Source: Eledone cirrhosa (Eukaryota). From it: a stretch of 64,000 bases of DNA. Each line of letters starts with the position of its first letter. The stretch's first letter is position 1. A program made the translations under genes and the position numbers. Below are positions 44,401 through 53,900 of the stretch, in pieces. The notes under the pieces were generated by a model that was given only the letters and a program-made list of their open reading frames with translations, did not search any database and was not told the DNA's origin. The stretch is from assembly GCA_964016885.1 (NCBI GenBank), contig OZ024740.1, positions 7,750,001-7,814,000 on the forward strand, given 5' to 3'.

Positions 44401-47400
44401 AGTTTTGATTGGTATATCAGTTTCGATTGGTATGTCAGTTTTGACTGGTATATCAGTTTCGATTAGATTGTCAGTTTTGATTGGTATCTCAGTTTCGATT
44501 GGTATATCAGTTTCGATTGGTATGTCACATTCTACTGGTATATCAGTTTTGATTAGTATATCAGTTTCGATTGGTATGTCAGTTTTGACTGGTATATCAG
44601 TTTCGATTAGATTGTCAGTTTTGATTGGTATCTCAGTTTCGATTGGTATATCAGTTTCGATTTGTATATCAGTTTCTATTCCTATATCAGTTTCTGTTTG
44701 TATGTCAGTTTCGATTTGTATGTCAGTTTCTATTGGTATATCAGTTTCAATTGGTACGTCAGTTTCGATTAATATATCAGTTCCCATAGGTATGTCAGTT
44801 TCTATTGGTATATCAGTTTTGATTGGTATATCAGTTTCGATTGGTATGTCAGTTTCGTTTATTATATCAGTTAATATTGGTATGTCAGTTTCGATTGGAA
44901 TGTCAGTTTCGATTGGTATGTCAGTTTCTATTGGTATATCTGTTTCGATTGATATGTCTGTTTCGATTAGTATATCAGTTTCTATAGGTATGTCAGTTTC
45001 TATTGGTATATCAGTTTGGATTGTATTGTCAGTTTCGATTGGTATATCAGTTTCGATTGTTATATCAGTTTCGATTTGTATATCAGTTTCGATTGGTATG
45101 TCAGTTTTGATTGGTATATCAGTTTCGATTAGTACGTCAGTTTCGATTGGTATGTGTTTTTCGATTGCTATATCAGTCTCGATTGGTATGTCAGTTTTGA
45201 TTGGTATGTTAGCTTCGATTGGTATGTCAGTTTCTATTCCTATATCAGTTTCTGTTGGTATGTCAGTTTCGATTGGTATGTCAGTTTCTATTGGTATATC
45301 AGTTTCGATTGGTATGTCAGTTTCTATTGGTATGTCACTTTCGATTTTTTAATCAGTTACTATTGGTATGTCTGTTTCGATTGGAATGTCAGTTTCGATT
45401 GGTATGTCAGTTTCTATTGGTATACGTGTTTCGATTGGTATTTCAGCTTCGATTAGCATATCAGTTTCTATAGGTATGTTAGTTTCGATTGATATATCAG
45501 TTTCGATTAGTATGTCAGTTTCTAATGGTATGTCAGTTTCGATTAGTATATTAGTTTCTTTTCGTATGTCAGTTTCGATTGGTATGTCAGTTTCGATTGA
45601 TATATCAGCTTCGATTGGTATATCAGTTTCGATTGGTATTTCAGTTGCAATTGGCATGTCAGATTCCATTGGTTTATCAGTTTTGATTGGTATATCAGTT
45701 TCGATTGGTATATCAGTTTCGATTGGTATTTCAGTTTCTAATGGTATATCAGTTTCTATAGGTATGTCAGTTTCTATTGGTATATCAATTTCTGTTGGTA
45801 TATCAGTTTCGATTGGTATGTCAGTTTCTATTGGTTTGTCAGTTTCGATTATTATATCAGTTACTATTGGTATGTCAGTTTCGATTGGTATATCAGTTTC
45901 TATTGGTATGACAGTTTCGATTGGTATATCAGTTTCGATTGGTATGTCAGTTTCGATTGGTATGTCAGTTTCGATTGGTATATCAGTTTTGATTGGTATA
46001 TCAGTTTCGATTGGTATATCAGTTTCGATTGGTACGTCAGTTTCGATTGGTATATCTGTTTCGATTGGTATGTCAGTTTCGATTAGTATATCAGTTTCTA
46101 TCGGTATGTCAGTTTCGATTGGTATGTCAGTTTCTATTGGTATATCAGTTTTGATTGGTATATCAGTTTCGATTGGTATATCAGTTTCGATTGTCATGTC
46201 AGTTTCGATTGGTATATCAGTTTCTATTGGTATGACAGTTTTGATTGGTATATCAGATTCTATTGGTATATCAGTTTTGATTGTTATGTCAGTTTCGATT
46301 GGTATATCAGTTTCGACTGGTATGTCAGTTTCTATTGGTATGCCAGTTTCGATTATTAAATCAGTTACTATTGGTATGTCAGTTTCGATTGGAATGTCAG
46401 TTTCGATTGGTATGTCTGTTTCTATTGGTATATCTGTTTCGATTGGTATGTCAGCTTCGATTTGTATGTCAGATTCGATTGGTATATCAGTTTCGATTGG
46501 TATATCAGTTTCGATTGTTATTTTAGTTTCGATTGGTATGTCAGTTTCTATTGGTATATTAGTTTCTATTGGTATGTCAGTTTCGATTGGTATGTCAGTT
46601 CCGATTGGTATGTCAATTTCGATTGGTATATCAGTTTCGATTGGTATGGCAGTTTCTATTGGTATATCAGTTTCTATTCGTATGTCAGTTTCGATAGGTA
46701 TGTCAGTTTCTATTGGTATTATCAGTTTCGATTGGTATGTCAGTTTCGATTAGTATATCAGTTTCTATTGGTATGTCAGTTTCGATTGGTATGTCAGATT
46801 CTATTGGTATATCAGTTTGTATTGGTATATCAGTTACGATTGGTATATCAGTTTCTATTGGTATGTCAGTTTCTATTGGTATATCAGTTTCTACTCTTAT
46901 GTCAGTTTCGATAGGTATGTCAGTTTCTATTGGTATATCAGTTTCGATTGGTATGTCAGTTTCGATTAGTATATCAGTTTCTATTGGTATATCAGTTTCT
47001 ATTGGTATGTCAGTTTCTATTGGTATATCAGTTTCGATTGGTATATCAGTTTCGATATATATATACGTTTCGATTGGTATGTCCGGTTTGAATGGTATAA
47101 CAGTTTCTATTGCTATATCAGTTTCTGTTGGATTGTCAGTATCGATTGGTATGTCAGTTTCTATTGGTATATCAGTTTCGATTGGTATGTCAGTTTCTAT
47201 TGGTATGTCAGTATTGATTATTATATCAGTTAATATTTGTATGTCAATTTCGATTGGAATGTCAGTTTTGATTGGTTTGTCAGTTTCTATTGGTATATCT
47301 GTTTCGATTGGTATGTCAGTTTCGATTAGTATGTCCGTTTCTATTGGTATATCAGTTTCGATTGGTATATCAGTTTCGATTGGTATGTCAGTTTCGATTG

Positions 47401-49437
47401 GTATATCAGTTTCTATTGGTATGTCAATTTCGATAGGTATATCAGTTTCTATTGGTATATAAGTTTCGATTGGTATGTCAGTTTCTATTGGTTTGTCAGT
47501 TCTGATTATTATATCAGTGACTATTTGTATGTCAGTTTCGATTGGTATGTCAGTTTCGATTGGTATATCAGTTTCTATTGGTATGACAGTTTCGATTGGT
47601 ATATCAGTTTCGATTGGTATGTCAGTTTCGATTGGTATGTCAGTTTCGATTGGTATGTCAGTTTCGATTGGTATGTCAATTTCGATTGGTATATCAATTT
47701 TGATTAGTATGTCAGTTTCTATTGGTATGACAGTTTCGATTGATATATCAGTTTCGATTGGTATGTCAGTTTGGAATGGTATGTCAGTTTCGATTGGTAT
47801 GTCAGATTCTATTGGTATATCATTTTCGATTGGTATATCAGTTTCGATTGGTATATCAGTTTCTATTGGTATATCAGTTTCTATTGGTATGTCAGTCTCG
47901 ATTGGTATATCAGTTTCGATTGGTATGTCAGTTTCTATTGGTATGTCAGTTTCGATTGGTATGTCAGTTTCGTTTGGTATGTCAATTTCGATTGGTATAT
48001 CAATTTTGATTAGTATGTCAGTTTCTATTGGTATATCAGTTTCGATCGGTATGTCAGTTTCGATGGGTATGTCAATTTCGATTGGTATGTCAATTTTGAT
48101 TAGTATGTCAGTTTCAATTGGTATATCAGTTTCGATTGGTATGTCAGTTTAGATTGGTATATCAGTTTCGATTGGTATGTCAGTTTCGATTAGTATAGCA
48201 GTTTCTATTGGTATGTCAGTTTCTATTGGTATGTCACATTCTATTGGTATATCAGTTTTGATTGGTATATCAGTTTCGATTGGTATGTCAGTTTTGACTG
48301 GTATATCAGTTTCGATTAGATTGTCAGTTTTGATTGGTATCTCAGTTTCGATTGGTATATCAGTTTCGATTGGTATGTCAGTTTTGATTTGTATATCAGT
48401 TTCTATTCCTATATCAGTTTCTGTTTGTATGTCAGTTTCGATTTGTATGTCAGTTTCTATTGGTATATCAGTTTCAATTGGTACGTCAGTTTCGATTAAT
48501 ATATCAGTTCCCATAGGTATGTCAGTTTCTATTGGTATATCAGTTTTGATTGGTATATCAGTTTCGATTGGTATGTCAGTTTCGTTTATTATATCAGTTA
48601 ATATTGGTATGTCAGTTTCGATTGGAATGTCAGTTTCGATTGGTATGTCAGTTTCTATTGGTATATCTGTTTCGATTGATATGTCTGTTTCGATTAGTAT
48701 ATCAGTTTCTATAGGTATGTCAGTTTCTATTGGTATATCAGTTTGGATTGTATTGTCAGTTTCGATTGGTATATCAGTTTCGATTGTTATATCAGTTTCG
48801 ATTGGTATATCAGTTTCGATTGGTATATCAGTTTCTATTGGTATGTCAGTTTTGATTGGTATATCAGTTTCGATTAGTACGTCAGTTTCGATTGGTATGT
48901 GTTTTTCGATTGCTATATCAGTTTCGATTGGTATGTCAGTTTTGATTGGTATGTTAGCTTCGATTGGTATGTCAGTTTCTATTCCTATATCAGTTTCTGT
49001 TGGTATGTCAGTTTCGATTGGTATGTCAGTTTCTATTGGTATATCAGTTTCGATTGGTATGTCAGTTTCTATTGGTATGCCACTTTCGATTTTTTAATCA
49101 GTTACTATTGGTATGTCTGTTTCGATTGGAATGTCAGTTTCGATTGGTATGTCAGTTTCTATTGGTATACGTGTTTCGATTGGTATTTCAGCTTCGATTA
49201 GCATATCAGTTTCTATAGGTATGTTAGTTTCGATTGATATATCAGTTTCGATTAGTATGTCAGTTTCTAATGGTATGTCAGTTTCTATTAGTATATCAGT
49301 TTCTTTTCGTATGTCAGTTTCGATTGGTATGTCAGTTTCGATTGATATATCAGCTTCGATTGGTATATCAGTTTCGATTGGTATTTCAGTTGCAATTGGC
49401 ATGTCAGATTCCATTGGTTTATCAGTTTTGATTGGTA

Positions 49438-50604
49438 GGAGTAGATGAATGGCTTGTGAAAGCGGTACAAGCCATGTATAGGGGAGCAGTAAGCAAAGTT
49501 AGGATTGGCAATGAGTATAGCGAGGAATTTAGCGTACAGGTTGGGGTCCACCAGGGCTCTGTTCTTAGCCCTCTCCTGTTCATCATAGTCCTGCAGGCAA
49601 TAACGGAGGAGTTTAAGACCGGATGCCCATGGGAACTCCTGTATGCTGATGACCTCGCACTCATAGCTGAATCTATGGTAGAACTAGAGAATAAATTCCA
49701 AACCTGGAAGCAGGGACTAGAGAGAAAGGGCCTCAAAGTCAATATGACAAAGACTAAGGTCCTTGTAAGTAGACGAGAAAACAGAACCCAGATCCCCTCA
49801 GGGAAATGGCCTTGCTCAGTATGTAGGAAAGGTGTAGGTAGAAACTCCATTCTCTGCCCCAAATGCAAACAATGGGTACACAAGAGATGTAGCGGGATCT
49901 CAGGAAGCTTAATTAAGAATGTAGGATTCACATGCAGCAGCTGTGCTGAAACAGCAAGCAAACAGCCACAGGAAACAAGTACCACCAATCTCTGGGAGGG
50001 CCCTGTAGAAACAGTAGACAGCTTCTGCTACCTAGGTGACCGAATTAGCAACGGAGGTGGGTGCTCAGAAAGTACAATAACTAGGGTAAGAACGGGATGG
50101 AAGAAGTTTAGGGAACTACTACCACTGCTAGCTGCAAAAGGCTTCTCCCTCAGAATGAAAGGCAGACTGTATGATGCGTGTATCCGAACAGCGATGTTGC
50201 ATGGTAGTGAGACCTGGGCGCTGAAGGTGGAAGACTTACGTAGATTAGAGAGAAACGAAGCCTGCATGCTCCGATGGATGTGTAACAGTAATATACGTGA
50301 ACGACAAAGCATAAAGGAATTGAGAGAGAGACTGAGCATAAGAGGAATCAAATGCTGCGTGCAGGAGAGGCGGTTACGCTGGTATGGACATGTGATGCGT
50401 ATGAAGGATGACAGCTGCATAAAAAGGTGCAGAGCACTAGAAGTTGATGGAAACCGCGGAGTGGGGAGACCCAAGATGACTTGGGATGAGGTGATAAAAG
50501 CCGACCTTACCCAACTACACCTCTCAAAGTCAATGACACACGACCGTGACTTCTGGCGTCACGCAGTAATACAGGGTACCCGACCTCCCATGGGTACATG
50601 CTGA
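49438..50604 (+). pseudogene. C-terminal fragment (388 codons plus stop) of an RTE-type reverse transcriptase ORF; no endonuclease domain or N-terminal RT
   Basis: ORF track 49432..50604, whose TTG 'start' comes from the satellite. QGSVLSP begins at 49552, YADD is at 49642-49653 and the stop TGA is at 50602-50604. No internal stops or frameshifts. Confidence 0.92.
49813..49944 (+). other. C4HC3 (PHD-type) zinc finger inserted in the RT ORF
   Basis: CSVCRKGVGRNSILCPKCKQWVHKRCSGISGSLIKNVGFTCSSC = C-x2-C-x10-C-x2-C-x4-H-x2-C-x14-C-x2-C, which is canonical PHD spacing. It lies between the KTK motif and the FCYLG motif. Confidence 0.8.
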
Positions 50605-50888
50605 AGCATATAAACAATATGCCCCCCCCCCCCTCCACCGCAAGGTGGCCGTGGAGGTGCCACGGCAAAAAAGCACCCAGCCCACACTGTAAAGTGGACG
50701 TGTAGGCGCCACGAAAAAGCACCCAGCACTCACTGTAAATGAGGTTGGTGTTAGGAAGGGCATCCAGCTGTAGAAATCAAGCCAGATCAGTTCCTGTATG
50801 AGCAAGGCATGGTCAGCCGACCAGACACTGCCCACAACAGGACAACCCGTCTAACCCATGCTAGCGTGGAAGAACGGACGTAAAACGG
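50605..50888 (+). other. Retrotransposon 3' UTR with C12 tract, hairpins and an internal ~45-47-bp tandem duplication
   Basis: C12 at 50622-50633. CCACC-GCAA-GGTGG at 50635-50648. Duplicated unit at 50651-50697 and 50700-50744. Terminal CCATG-CTAG-CGTGG stem at 50856-50869. Confidence 0.8.
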
Positions 50889-50909
50889 TGATGATGATGA
50901 TGATGATGA
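50889..50909 (+). repeat. (TGA)7 microsatellite 3' tail of the retrotransposon
   Basis: Sequence reads ...taaaacgg(tga)7 tatcag.... Short tandem-repeat tails instead of poly(A) are established for RTE-clade LINEs. Confidence 0.93.
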
Positions 50910-53900
50910 TATCAGTTTCGATTGGTATATCAGTTTCGATTGGTATGTCAGTTTCTATTGGTATATCAGTTTCTATAGGTATGTCAGTTTCTGTTGGTAT
51001 ATCAGTTTCGATTGGTATGTCAGTTTCTATTGGTTTGTCAGTTTCGATTATTATATCAGTTACTATTCGTATGTCAGTTTCGATTGGTATGTCAGTTTCG
51101 ATTGGTATATCAGTTTCTATTGGTATGACAGTTTCGATTGGTATATCAGTTTCGATTGGTATGTCAGTTTCGATTGGTATGTCAGTTTCGATTGGTATAT
51201 CAGTTTTGATTGGTATATCAGTTTCGATTGGTATATCAGTTTCGATTGGTACGTCAGTTTCGATTGGTATATCAGTTTCGATTGGTATGTCAGTTTCGAT
51301 TAGTATATCAGTTTCTATCGGTATGTCAGTTTCGATTGGTATGTCAGTTTCTATTGGTATATCAGTTTTGATTGGTATATCAGTTTCGATTGGTATATCA
51401 GTTTCGATTGTCATGTCAGTTTCGATTGGTATATCAGTTTCTATTGGTATGACAGTTTTGATTGGTATATCAGTTTCGATTGGTATGTCAGTTTCGATTG
51501 GTATGTCAGTTTGGATTGGTATGTCAGTCTGGATTGGTATATCAGTTTCGATTATAATGTCAGTTTCTATTGGTATGACAGTTTCGATTGGTATGTCAGA
51601 TTCTATTGGTATATCAGTTTTGATTGTTATGTCAGTTTCGATTGGTATATCAGTTTCGACTGGTATGTCAGTTTCTATTGGTATGCCAGTTTCGATTATT
51701 AAATCAGTTACTATTGGTATGTCAGTTTCGATTGGAATGTCAGTTTCGATTGGTATGTCTGTTTCTATTGGTATATCTGTTTCGATTGGTATGTCAGCTT
51801 CGATTTGTATGTCAGATTCGATTGGTATATCAGTTTCGATTGGTATATCAGTTTCGATTGTTATTTTAGTTTCGATTGGTATGTCAGTTTCTATTGGTAT
51901 ATTAGTTTCTATTGGTATGTCAGTTTCGATTGGTATGTCAGTTCCGATTGGTATGTCAATTTCGATTGGTATATCAGTTTCGATTGGTATGTCAGTTTCT
52001 ATTGGTATATCAGTTTCTATTCGTATGTCAGTTTCGATAGGTATGTCAGTTTCTATTGGTATTATCAGTTTCGATTGGTATGTCAGTTTCGATTAGTATA
52101 TCAGTTTCTATTGGTATGTCAGTTTCGATTGGTATGTCAGATTCTATTGGTATATCAGTTTGTATTGGTATATCAGTTCCGATTGGTATATCAGTTTCTA
52201 TTGGTATGTCAGTTTCTATTGGTATATCAGTTTCTACTCTTATGTCAGTTTCGATAGGTATGTCAGTTTCTATTGGTATATCAGTTTCGATTGGTATGTC
52301 AGTTTCGATTAGTATATCAGTTTCTATTGGTATATCAGTTTCTATTGGTATGTCAGTTTCTATTGGTATATCAGTTTCGATTGGTATATCAGTTTCGATA
52401 GGTATATACGTTTCGATTGGTATGTCCGGTTTGAATGGTATAACAGTGTCTATTGCTATATCAGTTTCTGTTGGATTGTCAATATCGATTGGTATGTCAG
52501 TTTCTATTGGTATATCAGTTTCGATTGGTATGTCAGTTTCTATTGGTATGTCAGTATTGATTATTATATCAGTTAATATTTGTATGTCAATTTCGATTGG
52601 AATGTCAGTTTTGATTGGTTTGTCAGTTTCTATTGGTATATCTGTTTCGATTGGTATGTCAGTTTCAATTAGTATGTCCGTTTCTATTGGTATATCAGTT
52701 TCGATTGGTATATCTGTTTCGATTGGAATGTCAGTTTCTATTGGTATATCAATTTCCATTTGTATGTCAGATTCGATTGGAATATCAGTTTCTATTGGTA
52801 TATCAGTTTCTATTGGTAGGTCAGTTTCTATTGGTATGTCAGTTTCGCTTAGTATATCCGATTCTATTGGTATGTTTGTTTCTATTGGTATATCAGTTTA
52901 GATTGGTATATCAGTTTCGATTGGGATGTCAGTTTCGATTGGTATATCAGTTTCGATTGGTATGTCAGATTCTATTGGTATATCATTTTCGATTGGTATG
53001 TCAGTATTGATTGGTATATCAGTTTCGATTGGTATGTCAGTATTGATTGGTATATCAGTTTTGATTAGTATGTCAGTTTCGATTGGTATGTCAGTTTCGA
53101 TTAGTATATCAGTTTCTATAGGTATGTCAGTTTCTATTGGTTTATCAGTTTCTATTGGTATGTCAGTTTCGATTAGTATGTCCATTTCTATTGGTATATC
53201 AGTTTCGATTGGTATATCTGTTTCGATTGGAATGTCAGTTAATATTGGTATATCAATTTTGATTGGTATGTCAGTTTCGATTAGTATATCAGTTTCTAGT
53301 GGTATGTCCGTTTCTATTTTTAAATCAATTTCCATAGGTATGTCAGAATCGATTGGAATGTCAGTTTCTATTGGTATATCAGTTTCGATTGGTAGATCAG
53401 TTTCTATTGGTATATCAGTTTCGATTAGTATATCAGTTACTATTGGTATGTCAGTTTCGATTGTTATGTCAGTTTCGATTGGTATATCAGTTTCTATTGG
53501 TATGACAGTTTCGATTGGTATATCAGTTTCGATTGGTATGTCAGCCTGGATTGGTATGTCAGTTTCGATTGGTATGTCAGTTTCGATTGGTATGTCAGTT
53601 TCGATCGGTATGTCAGTTTCTATTGATATATCAGTTTTGACTGGTATATCAGTTTCGATTGGTATATCAGTTTCGATTGGTATATCAGTTTCGATTGGTA
53701 TGTCAGTTCCGATTGGTATGTCAGTTTTGATTGGTATATCAGTTTCGATTGGTATGTCTGTTTCTATTGATATATCAGTTTCGATTGGTATATCAGTTTT
53801 GATTGGTATATCAGTTTCGATTGGTATGTCAGTTTCTATTGGTATATCAGTTTCTATTGGTATATCAGTTTTGATTAGTATGTCAGTTCCGATTAGTATA

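Larger units (their letters stand above)
1..49437 (+). repeat. 18-bp tandem satellite array, left arm; consensus GTTTC(G/T)ATTGGTAT(G/A)TCA
   Basis: Read directly: 1-18 gtttcgattggtatgtca, 19-36 gtttctattggtatatta, and so on. The 18-bp period continues head-to-tail in one orientation up to ...ttttgattggta at 49437. It starts at base 1, so it probably extends beyond the window. Confidence 0.99.
49438..50909 (+). mobile_element. 5'-truncated non-LTR retrotransposon (LINE), RTE clade, 1,472 bp
   Basis: Only non-repetitive segment. It starts inside the RT (GVDEWLVKAVQAMY) and has GVHQGSVLSPLLF, YADD, GLKVN..KTK and FCYLG motifs. The C-terminus is RTE-typical (LHGSETW, RRLRWYGHVMR, GRPKMTW) with no CCHC knuckle or RNase H, followed by a ~280-bp 3' UTR and a trinucleotide tail. 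Junctions are uncertain by 1-2 nt because of microhomology. Confidence 0.95.
44290..52720 (+). repeat. A-type domain 2: ~3.8-kb tandem duplication whose second copy carries the LINE
   Basis: Offsets are 3853 (44324/48177) and 3745 (45368/49113) before the LINE, and 5343 = 1472+3871 (46713/52056) after it. Copies share the markers tatacgtgtt, gttgcaattggc and ggtattatcag. Confidence 0.88.

Noticed and set aside
50648-50672. GC hairpin next to an A6 tract resembling an intrinsic terminator
   Set aside because: The tract is A, not U, downstream of the stem on the plus strand and lies upstream of the stem on the minus strand. The context is also eukaryotic.
49422-50835. Minus-strand ORFs overlapping the LINE (49422-49988, 50028-50474, 50507-50722, 50530-50835)
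   Set aside because: Antisense shadows of the RT ORF and UTR with no recognisable motifs.
50858-52096. 412-aa chimeric ORF starting in the LINE 3' end (poly-Met) and reading into the satellite
   Set aside because: Chance fusion of the (TGA/ATG)n tail with an open satellite frame. No promoter is evident in a 5'-truncated element.
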